Origin: an uncultured Fidelibacterota bacterium
GTDB lineage: Bacteria; Fidelibacterota; Marinisomatia; Marinisomatales; UBA1611
Assembly: GCA_913040915.1 (NCBI GenBank)
Contig: CAJWHW010000002.1
Location: 32,001-96,000 of the forward strand
Length of the DNA stretch: 64,000 nucleotides
Direction of reading: 5' to 3'
Of the stretch, positions 51,420 to 62,277 are shown one piece after another; the stretch's first letter is position 1; each line of letters opens with the position of its first letter. Under the pieces are notes generated by a model, which worked only from the letters and a program-made list of their open reading frames with translations, did not search any database and was not told the origin of the DNA. Both the position numbers and the translations under genes were made by a program.

Positions 51420-51875
51420 TTATGATTTTATAGGCAATTTTTGTCGGATGTTATATTTTGATAATATGACTTGGGTTTCTGTACGTGTAACATTTGGCCA
51501 ACTCTGTATATTTCGTAATAATTCTTCAAGTGTTTTTGAGTTTTCCGTTGCCACCCATAGCATTAGTGATCCTAACCCGGTAGTACTGAAACATTGAATT
51601 ATTTCGGGGGTCTTTTTGGCGTTTTCAATAACTTTTTTATAGTTTGTTGATGATGATGAAATTACCGTTATCATAGCTGTCACATCCAGCCCTACTGATC
51701 TAGGATCAATTACTGCCTGAAAGGCTTGAATAACAGATCCTTCCTGCAGTTTGCGTATTCTTTCTGTGATTGTAGGGACAGTTAAATTTAATTCTTTAGC
51801 AATTTCGCTAGCTGTTTTTCGACCATCTTCCTGTAAGCTTATCAGAATCTGACGATCAATACGATCAATTTTCAT
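51420..51875 (-). CDS. Lrp/AsnC family transcriptional regulator (paralogue)
   Basis: DRIDRQILISLQEDGR HTH; shares QCFSTTG and LEELLRNIQSWP with its neighbour. Confidence 0.95.
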   Translation of the reverse strand: MKIDRIDRQILISLQEDGRKTASEIAKELNLTVPTITERIRKLQEGSVIQAFQAVIDPRSVGLDVTAMITVISSSSTNYKKVIENAKKTPEIIQCFSTTGLGSLMLWVATENSKTLEELLRNIQSWPNVTRTETQVILSKYNIRQKLPIKS

Positions 51876-52236
51876 TTATAATTAATATTATTATTACACT
51901 AACTAGTTTAATCTGGATTATTAAATGAATCAAGTTAATAAGGTTTGCATAGAATATTAATAAAAATTTTATTTAGCAAAAAGTTATTCATCTATATAAC
52001 CTGTTTATAATGAAACCTATTATTACAACATAATTGAGTTGAAAAAAGATTGTTAAAATATAATAAATACCATACTCAGTCCTAAAATCTATTTTTGATA
52101 AGGGAGAAAAATCAAATTTTATTTCGGCATTAAAGAAAATAGTATTTGAATTTTTTATGTAATTCTGCTGTATTCTAATAATAAACCCTCTCATATATAT
52201 TTATTAATTTCTTTATCAATATTTACGTTAGCAATA

Positions 52237-53529
52237 ATGAGTACTCCAACGAAACGTATCGCATTCCATACTTTGGGATGTAAACTGAATTTTTCTGAAA
52301 CTGCAACTATTTCCAGAGATTTTACTCGCCATGGATTTGAGCAGGTTGACTATAGAGATCAAGCTGATGTATATGTTCTGAATACTTGCTCTGTTACTGA
52401 AAATGCAGATAAGGAAGCCCGAAAACTCATTCGTCAGGCAAAGCGACGAAATCCTAATTCATCTATTGCTGTCATTGGTTGCTATGCCCAACTCAATCCC
52501 AATGAGATAGCTAATATCGATGGAGTAGATCTTATCTTGGGAGCTGAAGAAAAGTTTAATTTAATTAAATATTTAGATCAATTTGAATTCAATGATAGTG
52601 CTACGATTATTCAATCGAATATTGATTATGTCCATAAATTTAAACCATCTTATTCTTCTGGTGAACGGACGCGTGCTTTTCTTAAAGTGCAGGATGGCTG
52701 TGATTACACCTGTTCTTTTTGTACTATACCTTTGGCCCGGGGTAAGAGCCGCAGTGGTACTATAGAAAAGACAATGGAGATGGCGAATCAAGTTGCAGCC
52801 ACCAAAACCAAAGAGATCGTACTAACTGGTGTGAATATCGGCGATTTTGGTAAAGGAACAGATGAGACATTTTTTGATCTCATTCAACAATTAGATGATT
52901 TAAAGGGCATTGATAGAATACGCCTTTCTTCTATTGAACCTAATTTACTGACAGATGATATCATTGAGTTTTGTGCAGGTTCAAAGAAGTTTATGCATCA
53001 TTTCCATATTCCGCTCCAATCTGGATCAAATAAAATTTTGAGTACCATGCGTCGACGCTATAAATCAGAATTATATAAAAATAGAGTTGAAAAAATCAAA
53101 CAAATGATTCCAGATGCGTGCATTGGCGTAGATGTGATCGTTGGCTTTCCAGGTGAAACAAATGATGATTTTCTAGACACGTATAATTTTTTAAATGAAT
53201 TGGATATTGCTTATCTCCATGTATTCACTTACTCAGAACGCCTTAATACCGATGCTATGAAAATACGTAAAAGTGTACCCAAAGAAATACGGGTGCAAAG
53301 AAGTAAAATGTTGCACATATTATCTGATAAAAAACAACGGTATTTTAATAATCAATTTATAGATACAACACGTCTAGTTTTGTTTGAGAATAGTAAGAAT
53401 GGAGAACTTTATGGCTACACTGATAATTATATTCAAGTCCGGATAAATGGTGACATTAAGTTAATTAACTCTATTCTTCCAGTAAAGTTATTATCAAATC
53501 ATGGCAACATGGTTGATGGAAATATATAA
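52237..53529 (+). CDS. mtaB: tRNA t6A37 methylthiotransferase
   Basis: TLGCKLNFSE, NTCSVT, CDYTCSFC radical-SAM motif, RLSSIEP. Confidence 0.92.
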   Translation: MSTPTKRIAFHTLGCKLNFSETATISRDFTRHGFEQVDYRDQADVYVLNTCSVTENADKEARKLIRQAKRRNPNSSIAVIGCYAQLNPNEIANIDGVDLILGAEEKFNLIKYLDQFEFNDSATIIQSNIDYVHKFKPSYSSGERTRAFLKVQDGCDYTCSFCTIPLARGKSRSGTIEKTMEMANQVAATKTKEIVLTGVNIGDFGKGTDETFFDLIQQLDDLKGIDRIRLSSIEPNLLTDDIIEFCAGSKKFMHHFHIPLQSGSNKILSTMRRRYKSELYKNRVEKIKQMIPDACIGVDVIVGFPGETNDDFLDTYNFLNELDIAYLHVFTYSERLNTDAMKIRKSVPKEIRVQRSKMLHILSDKKQRYFNNQFIDTTRLVLFENSKNGELYGYTDNYIQVRINGDIKLINSILPVKLLSNHGNMVDGNI

Positions 53530-53571
53530 TATCTTTTTTCATTTTATTATAAGTTTGTATTTAAATAAATA

Positions 53572-55437
53572 ATGATACGATTAGAAAGTCTTTCTAAATC
53601 TTATCCGGAAGGTAATTTATTCTCAAATGTAAATATTTTTATAAAAAAAGGCATGCGGACAGGTCTTGTGGGCCCAAACGGATCAGGTAAGACTACTTTA
53701 CTTCGATTAATGCTTGAAAAAGAATCCCCTGACTCTGGAATTGTTCAAAAAGATAAATCTATTACTATCGGTTATCTGGCACAGGATATTGTAACTGGAA
53801 CAAATCTCTCTATTTTGGAAGAAGTCTTAAGAGCTTTCCCTGAAATGCAGGAGATTGAAGTAAAAATGCTGACATTATCTAATGCACTAACAAATGATCC
53901 TGACAATATAGAATTAGTAAATCAACTTGGGGAAACCCAGAATCGATTTGAAGCTTTAGGTGGTTGGAAAATTGAAGAAAGAGCAAAAAAAATTCTAAGT
54001 GGTTTAGGATTCTCAGATAACAAATTCAATGAACCCATGGATGTTTTTTCCGGTGGATGGCGGATGCGTGTAGCTTTAGCATCCATTCTATTAAAAGAAC
54101 CGGACATTTTATTTTTGGATGAGCCGACCAATCACTTAGATCTTGAAGCCACCATTTGGCTGGAATCTTTTTTATCGGATTGGAAGGGTGCCATGGTTAT
54201 GATCAGTCACGACCGTGCCTTTTTGGATCGATCGGTTAATCACATCCTTGAAATTGATTTGAAAAAAATCACTCTTTATCAGGGGAATTATTCAAAGTAT
54301 AAAAAAGAGAAATCTTTACGGATGGAGCAGCATCTAAATGCCTACCAAAATCAACAAAAACAGATCAAGGCCACAGAACGATTCATTGAACGCTTTCGAT
54401 ATAAAAATACGAAGGCTACCCAAGTACAGAGCAGGGTAAAGATGCTTGAAAAAATGGAAAAGATTGAGGAGCCTACCGAATATAATCGAACCATCAATCT
54501 AATGTTGCCTCAACCAAGTCGTTCTCCGTTAAATTTGGTATCTTGCCAAAATGTGACCAAGCATTATGGTGATATAGAAGTATTCAATAAGATGTTTTTG
54601 GCGATAGAACGGAATCAAAAAATTGGATTAGTTGGATATAATGGTGCTGGTAAATCCACTTTACTCAAAATATTAGCAGGCATAGAACCAGTCACATCAG
54701 GTGAAGTTACGATTAGTAGTCATGTGGATCGTGCCTATTATGCCCAGCATCAATTGGAAACACTAGATCCAGATGATACGGTATTTGAATCTATCCAAAA
54801 AGTTAGTTCCGGTTGGAGCGAAACAGAAATTAGAACTTATTTGGGCAGTTTCATGTTCACAGGAGATGAGATTGAAAAATATGTTAAAGTTTTATCAGGG
54901 GGAGAAAAAGCTAGGATAGCCATGGCACGTATTTTGGTAAAGCCATCACATTTATTGTTATTAGATGAGCCAACCAATCATTTGGATATCATGACACGTA
55001 ATATAGTAGAAACAGCCTTGAAGCAATTCACTGGTTCTATTGTATGTATTTCTCACGACCGCCATTTTCTGAACGAAGTGACTGATCTTACCTGTGAAAT
55101 AGGGGGCGGTAAAATTAGGGTTTTTAATGGAAATTATGATTATTATACATGGAAAAAAGACTCAGAATCATCAGACAAATCTAAATTAATAAAACAGAAA
55201 ACATTTAGAAAGGGTAAGGAAAATTATCAGGAGCGAAAGAAAACCCGCAATAGACTTGCATGGATTGAAAAAAGGTTTAAGATTATTGAATTAGAAATAG
55301 AATCGCAACGAGAGATCACCCGGAATTCTGCAAATGGAGATAATTATGAATTGCTTCAAAAGGCTTTGGAAAAAATGAATAAATTGGAATTGGAGTATTT
55401 AGATTTAATGGAAGAACAGGAAAAGTTATTAGAGTAG
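53572..55437 (+). CDS. ABC-F family ATPase
   Basis: Two ABC domains (GPNGSGKT, SGGWRMR, GYNGAGKST, LSGGEK, DEPTNHLD); no TM segments. Confidence 0.95.
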   Translation: MIRLESLSKSYPEGNLFSNVNIFIKKGMRTGLVGPNGSGKTTLLRLMLEKESPDSGIVQKDKSITIGYLAQDIVTGTNLSILEEVLRAFPEMQEIEVKMLTLSNALTNDPDNIELVNQLGETQNRFEALGGWKIEERAKKILSGLGFSDNKFNEPMDVFSGGWRMRVALASILLKEPDILFLDEPTNHLDLEATIWLESFLSDWKGAMVMISHDRAFLDRSVNHILEIDLKKITLYQGNYSKYKKEKSLRMEQHLNAYQNQQKQIKATERFIERFRYKNTKATQVQSRVKMLEKMEKIEEPTEYNRTINLMLPQPSRSPLNLVSCQNVTKHYGDIEVFNKMFLAIERNQKIGLVGYNGAGKSTLLKILAGIEPVTSGEVTISSHVDRAYYAQHQLETLDPDDTVFESIQKVSSGWSETEIRTYLGSFMFTGDEIEKYVKVLSGGEKARIAMARILVKPSHLLLLDEPTNHLDIMTRNIVETALKQFTGSIVCISHDRHFLNEVTDLTCEIGGGKIRVFNGNYDYYTWKKDSESSDKSKLIKQKTFRKGKENYQERKKTRNRLAWIEKRFKIIELEIESQREITRNSANGDNYELLQKALEKMNKLELEYLDLMEEQEKLLE

Positions 55438-55460
55438 AAGTAAAACTTTAATTATTTCAA

Positions 55461-56243
55461 TTATTTTATTACAATTTTTTGAAGAATCCCATCCCAAAGA
55501 TTAATCCGAGCCTGCATTGCTGTGCGAGCTGCTTCTGTTGCTTCATTCCATTTTTGTTGATCATCTCCGCATAATTCTTTCACCATTTTCAGAGCTGCTG
55601 GTGTATGCTCATCTTCATCCAGTCCAATATGTCGATCTAGATAATAAATAAATGATTTTAGTCTACCTTTTAAATCTTTATCTATTTTGTTCACTATTGA
55701 TCTGAACATATCAGGGATAACTTCTTCTCTTCCAAAAGTAAAAATGGCAGCTACCACGTGGGCAGGAGCCTTGTCCAGAATATTAAACGTTGAAATTACA
55801 AATTCCTTTGCCGGTTCAGGACTCTGGGCCATATCCAATGCTTTAGTAACAGAGTAATGCTCTAAATTAGAGATAAATATATTGATTATATCTGTATTCG
55901 CTCCGGCTTGCTGCATCGCATGACAATACATTTCAAAATGGCTAATATACTGTCCGTAGCGATCTAAGTCTGATTCTTCTTCCGTGACTATTTCATTTAC
56001 TAGACGAGATGGAGTCCCTTTTCCAGCTGGTATCCAAGGTACGTTAATACAGGTTAGCTGAGATTGTAGTGATTTTAAAATAGACATGAAATCCCATACA
56101 GCAAATACATGGTTTTCCATAAATACATGGAGCTCATCTAATGTTTTTATTTTGCTGTAAATGAGATGGTTTTGAAGTTGATCGCGCTCTTTTTGAGTTT
56201 CATCTAAAATATTTAGAATATCATTTTTTAGAAACCAAAACAC
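55461..56243 (-). CDS. DUF3050 family protein (heme-oxygenase-like fold)
   Basis: FMENHVFAVWDFMS, EIVTEEESD, SHFEMY, FTFGRE, YLDRHIGLDEDEH. Confidence 0.85.
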   Translation of the reverse strand: MFWFLKNDILNILDETQKERDQLQNHLIYSKIKTLDELHVFMENHVFAVWDFMSILKSLQSQLTCINVPWIPAGKGTPSRLVNEIVTEEESDLDRYGQYISHFEMYCHAMQQAGANTDIINIFISNLEHYSVTKALDMAQSPEPAKEFVISTFNILDKAPAHVVAAIFTFGREEVIPDMFRSIVNKIDKDLKGRLKSFIYYLDRHIGLDEDEHTPAALKMVKELCGDDQQKWNEATEAARTAMQARINLWDGILQKIVIK

Positions 56244-56258
56244 AAGAAATAGATAAAA

Positions 56259-59075
56259 TTAATCTTCAAAATTTTCGATCTGCGGACAAGTACAGATCAA
56301 ATTACGATCACCATATGCATTATCCACACGACCAACAGTTGGCCAATATTTATGTTTTTTTAGCCAAGGTATAGGATAAGCTGCTTCTTCACGTGAGTAA
56401 TTATGATCCCATTTTTCTGTAATAATTCTTTCTGCAGTGTGGGGTGCATTCTTTAGAGGATTATCAATTTTATCATATTTACAATCGATTACATTTTGGA
56501 TTTCATTTTTAATAGAAATCATAGCATCACAAAATCGGTCTAATTCTTCTCTAGCTTCACTTTCAGTTGGCTCAATCATGAGAGTTCCAGGAACAGGAAA
56601 GGACATGGTTGGTGCATGAAACCCATAATCCATAAGACGTTTTGCTATATCTTCATCAGAAATACCGGATTTTTTCCGAATATCTCTCAAGTCAATTATG
56701 AACTCATGGGCATTGTAACCACTAATCCCCTTATAAAGAATAGGAAAATGATTTTCTAATTTCATTGCCATATAATTTGCGTTTAAAATAGCTACTTGTG
56801 TTGCCTGTTTTAGGCCATCTGGCCCCATCATTCTTATATATGACCAAGAAATAGGTAGGATGCTAGTGCTGCCAAATGGAGCTGCTGATACTGCATGAAT
56901 AGCTTTCTCCCCTCCCGTTTTAATTTGGGAATGTCCCGGTAAAAATGGAGTTAAGTGATTTTTACAAACGATTGGACCCATCCCAGGTCCACCACCACCA
57001 TGAGGAATGCAAAAAGTTTTATGGAGATTAATATGCATCACATCTCCGCCAAATTTACCGGGTTTACACAAACCCACCATCGCATTCAAATTAGCACCAT
57101 CCAAATACACTTGCCCACCATGAGAATGAATAATATCACATATTTCGTGGATTGTATGTTCAAAAACACCATGAGTAGAAGGATAGGTTATCATAACTGC
57201 CGCCAAATTTTCACTATGCTTCTGAGCTTTGCTTTCCAAATCATCTTTGGCAATATTGCCGTGTTTATCACAAGCGACTACAATCACTTTCATTCCAGCT
57301 AGTACAGCTGATGCAGGATTAGTCCCATGGGCAGACGCAGGGATTAAACAAATATTCCGGTGGTGATCACTATTCGCCTGGTGAAAGGCGCGAATAACTA
57401 ATAATCCTGAATATTCGCCCTGTGCTCCTGAATTTGGTTGCATTGAAATGCCGTCAAACCCTGTTAATTTGATTAACCAGTCCCCCAACTTAGATACGAT
57501 TTCTTCGTAGCCTTTAGTTTGTTCTCTTGGTGCAAAGGGATGAATGTTCCCAAATTCAGGCCAACTCACTGCTTCCATTTCAGTACTGGCATTAAGTTTC
57601 ATGGTACAGGACCCCAACGGAATCATACTTGTATTTAGTGATAAATCTTTTAATTCCAAGCGATGGATATAACGCATCATCTTTGTTTCAGATTGATATG
57701 CCTGGAAAACTGGATGGGTCAAAAAGGATGAAGACCTTAATAATTCTTTTGGTATAGTGGGAGTAAATATTTCTTTTTTTTGGGCGTTAAATATAGATAG
57801 CAATTGATCTAAGTTAGTTTCTGTTGTGGTTTCATCAATGGAGATACCAACATGCCCATCTCCATAATCTCTTAAATTAAATTTTAATAATTTCGCTTTC
57901 TCTAACCAGCCCTTCTCCACTTTTAACTTTACCGTATCAAAAAAATTGTCATGAATACATTCAATACCAGCTTGCGCCATCGAACTTGCAAGTTTTCCTG
58001 TCAAATGGTTCACCCGTTTAGCAATCAATTTCAGTCCATCATGCCCATGATATACCGCATACATTCCAGACATTATTGCCAGCAAAACCTGTGCTGTACA
58101 TATGTTAGATGTAGCTTTTTCCCGTCTTATATGTTGTTCTCGGGTTTGGAGCGCCATACGAAGCGCCGGATTGCCTTGTGCATCTTTAGATAAACCAATT
58201 ATTCTGCCGGGAATTTTTCGTTTGAATTCATCTGTAGTTGCAAAAAAAGCAGCATGTGGTCCACCATAGCCCATTGGTACGCCGAACCGCTGGGAATTGC
58301 CAACCGCTGCATCAGCACCCATTTCACCTGGTGTTTTGAGTAAGGTCAATGCTAGCAAATCAGTTGCTACGCAAATAAAAGATTGGTTTGAGTGAGCTAA
58401 TCCACACAAACTTGAAAAATCCCTTATATGACCTTCGGTATCTGGATATTGAACTAAGCCACCAAAGACTTTTTCATGAAAATCAAATTGGTCATGGTTT
58501 TTGATATCAAGTTTAATTCCTAAAGGGCCGGATCGTGTTTTTAAAATGTCAATTGTTTGGGGATGACAACTTTCAGATACAATAAATGTATTTTTATTTG
58601 GATCTCGAGTTATATTATAGAACATAATCATTGCTTCCGCAGCTGCGGTGCCTTCATCTAAAAGTGAAGCGTTTGCAAGCGAAAGCCCGGTTAAATCTGA
58701 GACCATAGTTTGAAAATTTAATAATGCCTCAAGTCGCCCTTGACTAATCTCAGGTTGGTAAGGTGTATATTGCGTATACCAACCCGGATTTTCCAAAATA
58801 TTGCGTTTAATAACACTCGGAACAAAAGTACCATAGTATCCCATCCCAATAAAAGATCGAAATACCGAATTTGACTTTGCTAATTTCTGAAGATATTTTA
58901 TTGTATCAGCTTCAGATATTTTTTGGGGTAAATCCAATTCAGACTGTATTAAAATATTCTTAGGGACTACAGCTTCGGATAATTCGCTAAGAGAAGAAAA
59001 CCCTAATTCTCTTAACATCTCCTTTATGTGAGATGTTTTGGAGCCTATGTGACGAGTAACGAAAGAACTAAACAT
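56259..59075 (-). CDS. gcvP: Glycine dehydrogenase (decarboxylating), P protein
   Basis: [51 protein letters not shown]. Confidence 0.97.
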   Translation of the reverse strand: MFSSFVTRHIGSKTSHIKEMLRELGFSSLSELSEAVVPKNILIQSELDLPQKISEADTIKYLQKLAKSNSVFRSFIGMGYYGTFVPSVIKRNILENPGWYTQYTPYQPEISQGRLEALLNFQTMVSDLTGLSLANASLLDEGTAAAEAMIMFYNITRDPNKNTFIVSESCHPQTIDILKTRSGPLGIKLDIKNHDQFDFHEKVFGGLVQYPDTEGHIRDFSSLCGLAHSNQSFICVATDLLALTLLKTPGEMGADAAVGNSQRFGVPMGYGGPHAAFFATTDEFKRKIPGRIIGLSKDAQGNPALRMALQTREQHIRREKATSNICTAQVLLAIMSGMYAVYHGHDGLKLIAKRVNHLTGKLASSMAQAGIECIHDNFFDTVKLKVEKGWLEKAKLLKFNLRDYGDGHVGISIDETTTETNLDQLLSIFNAQKKEIFTPTIPKELLRSSSFLTHPVFQAYQSETKMMRYIHRLELKDLSLNTSMIPLGSCTMKLNASTEMEAVSWPEFGNIHPFAPREQTKGYEEIVSKLGDWLIKLTGFDGISMQPNSGAQGEYSGLLVIRAFHQANSDHHRNICLIPASAHGTNPASAVLAGMKVIVVACDKHGNIAKDDLESKAQKHSENLAAVMITYPSTHGVFEHTIHEICDIIHSHGGQVYLDGANLNAMVGLCKPGKFGGDVMHINLHKTFCIPHGGGGPGMGPIVCKNHLTPFLPGHSQIKTGGEKAIHAVSAAPFGSTSILPISWSYIRMMGPDGLKQATQVAILNANYMAMKLENHFPILYKGISGYNAHEFIIDLRDIRKKSGISDEDIAKRLMDYGFHAPTMSFPVPGTLMIEPTESEAREELDRFCDAMISIKNEIQNVIDCKYDKIDNPLKNAPHTAERIITEKWDHNYSREEAAYPIPWLKKHKYWPTVGRVDNAYGDRNLICTCPQIENFED

Positions 59076-59354
59076 TAAAAAGATAAATTTTTGTTTAAAA
59101 TAATACCACGAGATTAAAAAGAAACCTGATCAGAGTCTAATCTGTTTTTTAGAAGCAATGGTTGCAATATTCCTTTTTTAAACCAAACTTTTATCGGAAA
59201 ATCTAAGATTTATTAATTATTTTTATTAAATAAAATAAATAAATTGAAGTTCTGAAAATGAATAGAATAGTTAAAATAGAATACATGGGGTCATTTCCTT
59301 CAAAGATTTGTAATTACTCTAAAAGGGAAACCGGATTAAAATATAATAAGATAT

Positions 59355-59384
59355 AAAATGCACCTTGGTGGTGCATTTTTTTTT
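59355..59384 (+). terminator. Intrinsic terminator-like hairpin
   Basis: AAAATGCACC-ttggt-GGTGCATTTT running into T9. Confidence 0.75.
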
Positions 59385-59398
59385 ACAATGAGGTGAAT

Positions 59399-60109
59399 AT
59401 GTCTATGGAAAAACTTATTACTTTACAAGGTATTGATACCAAATTGAAAGATCTTAATGATCTATTGGGCGACCTACCTTCAAAAGTAAATGAATTAAAT
59501 AATCAAGAAAAATTAATGAAAACTACATTGGTTGAAAAGAAAGAACGCCTAAAAGAGTTAGAAGTTGAATCTAATAAAAGGGATGTCTTAATTGCAGAAA
59601 TCAATAATAAAGTCAATAAATTAAAGGACCAACTATTCCTGGTAACTAGTAATAAACAATACGATGCTATTATGCATGAGATTGATCATGTAAAAGAAAA
59701 ACGCACATCTTATGAATCAGAAGCTCTATCTTTCATGGAAGAAAAAGATTCATTGAATGAAGCCACTGAATCAATGGAATCAGAACTAGGATCTTTATCG
59801 GAAAATTTAGTTATTCGTAGAGAAAAATTAGAATCCGCCATTTCTGAATCGGCAGATGAAAAATTAGTTTTGGAACAAAAAAGGTCTCAACAAATTGATA
59901 AAATTGATGTAAATATAATTTCGATTTATAAACGTGTTTCGGAAGCACGTGATGGTCTTGCTGTGGTGAATTTATCAGGTAATGCTTGTGGTGGCTGTGG
60001 AGCTCATGTTCCAATGCAAAAAGTAACAGAAGTTCGGGCAAATTCTGCAATACACCGATGTGATGTTTGCGGAAGATTTCTCTTTAGTGAAAATAATTCT
60101 GTAAATTAA
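59399..60109 (+). CDS. Coiled-coil protein with C4-type zinc ribbon (HP0958/CT398 family)
   Basis: Long coiled coil plus CGGC...CDVCGRFL; start GTG 59393 or ATG 59399 (GAGG upstream of the latter). Confidence 0.9.
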   Translation: MSMEKLITLQGIDTKLKDLNDLLGDLPSKVNELNNQEKLMKTTLVEKKERLKELEVESNKRDVLIAEINNKVNKLKDQLFLVTSNKQYDAIMHEIDHVKEKRTSYESEALSFMEEKDSLNEATESMESELGSLSENLVIRREKLESAISESADEKLVLEQKRSQQIDKIDVNIISIYKRVSEARDGLAVVNLSGNACGGCGAHVPMQKVTEVRANSAIHRCDVCGRFLFSENNSVN

Positions 60110-60126
60110 GTCACTTATTTTAAATT

Positions 60127-60506
60127 GAGTCGGTTGGATGGTTACTCCTGGCTTACATTAGTAATCTGGGAGAGGAAAGTCCGGGCACTGCAGGACAGGA
60201 TGCTTCTTAATGAGAAGAGGTGTGCTGATGTACATTATGGAAAGTGCAACAGAAAGTAAACCGTCTGCCAACTGGCGGATAAGGGTGAAAAGGTGGTGTA
60301 AGAGACCACCAGATTTTGAGGAAACTCAGAATGCTTGTAAACCCCATCCAGTGCAAGATCATATAGGCTCTAAGATGTTGTTCGCATCGATTTAAGAGCG
60401 GGTAGATTGCTAGATCTTATTGGCGACAATTAGACTAGATGAATGACCATCCAATCAGGTTTGATACGTCAACCTGATGGACAAAACTCGGCTTATAGAC
60501 CGGCTC
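60127..60506 (+). ncRNA. rnpB: RNase P RNA, class A
   Basis: GAGGAAAGTCCGGGCA, GAAAGTGCAACAGAAA, AAGGGTGAAAAGGTGGTGTAAGAGACCACC, GTAAACCCC and ACAAAACTCGGCTTA; P1 formed by GAGTCGGT and ACCGGCTC. Confidence 0.96.
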
Positions 60507-60517
60507 AATTTTTTTAT

Positions 60518-62227
60518 ATGAAGTGGAAATTTCCCCAAAAAGATAAGTTATTAGTTCAGCAAATTATTGAACAGTACAATGTCCCAAAAGTATTTGCGGA
60601 AATAATGGTATCAAGAGGCTTTAAAGAGTCAGATAAAATATCACCTTTTTTTACTCCGGACATTTTGCAGCTACATAATCCATTCTTGATGAAAGGGATG
60701 GAAAAGGCAGTTGATCGTGTTATTAAAAATATTTTTGAAAAAAAACCAATTTTTGTTTTTGGGGATTACGATGTTGATGGAACAACAGGAGTATCTCTTC
60801 TTTATATCGGTTTAACCAAACTAGGTGGGAATGTCACAACCTATATTCCAAACCGACAAAGTGAAGGCTATGACTTATCCCAATTTGGTATAGACAAAGC
60901 ATCAACAATTGGTGCTGATTTATTAATTACTTGTGACTGCGGAATCAATGCTATAAACTGTGTTAATTATGCCAATGAAAAAGGAATCGATATCGTCATC
61001 ACTGATCATCATATTCCAGGGAATATTTTGCCTAATGCCTTTGCTATTTTAAATCCAAAACAATCTGAGTGTGAATACCCTTTCAAAGAGCTCTCTGGAG
61101 TGGGTGTTGCTCTTAAATTTTTAACAGCTATTGTTAAGAAAATGAAAAAATCATCTGATTGGTTAATAGGTCTTATGGATCTAGCTGCATTGGGAACTGC
61201 TGCAGATCTAGTACAATTAAAAGATGAAAATAGGATAATAGTCCATTATGGATTAAAAACACTTAAAACCACTCAACGTCCGGGATTAAGAGAATTATTA
61301 AAGTCAGCTAAAATAGATTTAGAGAGAGACCTTTCTGTCACAAAAATTATTTTTCATGTAGCACCTAAAATCAATGCTGCTGGGCGACTGGGGAATGCAA
61401 ACAGAGCTGTGGAATTATTTACAACAACTAATTCACATAAAGCTAGAGAATTAGTAATTGATTTGGATAAAGAAAATAAAAAGCGTCAAATTATTCAACA
61501 AAATATTTTTGATGAAGCAATTCGAATGGTAAAGAGAAAAATAGACTTAGAAAATGATAAGGCAATTATACTTGGAGAAAAAGGATGGCATTATGGTGTA
61601 GTTGGGATTGTGGCATCCAAGTTGAAGGAAAAATTCAATCGACCAGCCATAGTTATCTCTTTTGATGAGGAAGGAAAAGGAATAGGATCTGCAAGGAGTT
61701 TGAAAGGATTAGATTTGCATGAAGCATTAAGTGAAACAAGTAATTATCTTGAAAACTACGGTGGCCATGCAATGGCAGCAGGGCTCAAAATAGATAGATC
61801 CAATTTTACTAACTTCAAAAAAAAGTTTTTAGAATATGTCAATTCAAAATTGAATCAGGATGATTTAGAACCACCCATCTTTTTGGATGCAAAATTAGGA
61901 CTAATTCATATCAATCAACGCCTAATAAAATTCATGAAAAGGTTAGGACCTTATGGCCCCGGAAATATGCCGCCTAAATTTGCTATTATTAACGCAAATG
62001 TTGTAGGTAACCCTAAGGTAATTAGTAATGGAGATCATGTTCGATTTCAAATTAAACAGGACCATTCTGTTATTGAAGTTATAGGGTTTGGTCTTGCCAA
62101 AAATTATGAAATGTTAATCCTTGGTGAGCCTATTGACATTGCGTGTGTTATTGAAACCAATGTTTGGAAAGGAAAAGAAACTATACAATTGAATGCTATA
62201 GATATTAGATTATCTGAAAGTGTCTGA
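60518..62227 (+). CDS. recJ: Single-stranded DNA exonuclease RecJ
   Basis: GDYDVDG, TCDCG, TDHH, GTAAD, INAAGRL, GGHAMAAG; likely start ATG 60518, after rnpB. Confidence 0.96.
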   Translation: MKWKFPQKDKLLVQQIIEQYNVPKVFAEIMVSRGFKESDKISPFFTPDILQLHNPFLMKGMEKAVDRVIKNIFEKKPIFVFGDYDVDGTTGVSLLYIGLTKLGGNVTTYIPNRQSEGYDLSQFGIDKASTIGADLLITCDCGINAINCVNYANEKGIDIVITDHHIPGNILPNAFAILNPKQSECEYPFKELSGVGVALKFLTAIVKKMKKSSDWLIGLMDLAALGTAADLVQLKDENRIIVHYGLKTLKTTQRPGLRELLKSAKIDLERDLSVTKIIFHVAPKINAAGRLGNANRAVELFTTTNSHKARELVIDLDKENKKRQIIQQNIFDEAIRMVKRKIDLENDKAIILGEKGWHYGVVGIVASKLKEKFNRPAIVISFDEEGKGIGSARSLKGLDLHEALSETSNYLENYGGHAMAAGLKIDRSNFTNFKKKFLEYVNSKLNQDDLEPPIFLDAKLGLIHINQRLIKFMKRLGPYGPGNMPPKFAIINANVVGNPKVISNGDHVRFQIKQDHSVIEVIGFGLAKNYEMLILGEPIDIACVIETNVWKGKETIQLNAIDIRLSESV

Positions 62228-62277
62228 CTGCTGTTGTAAATTCAGGCTCTTTCCTTCAAAACAAGACTATAATTTTA

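Noticed and set aside
51988..52194. 68-aa minus-strand ORF
   Set aside because: Ile/Phe/Asn-rich translation of AT-rich intergenic DNA with no recognisable motif or SD.
59076..59257. Possible glycine riboswitch upstream of gcvP
   Set aside because: No GGAGA...CCGAAG...CUYUCAGG aptamer pattern on the minus strand.
60210..60517. 61-aa ORF and the 25-aa N-terminal extension of recJ in the ORF track
   Set aside because: Both overlap the RNase P RNA gene; recJ more plausibly starts at 60518.
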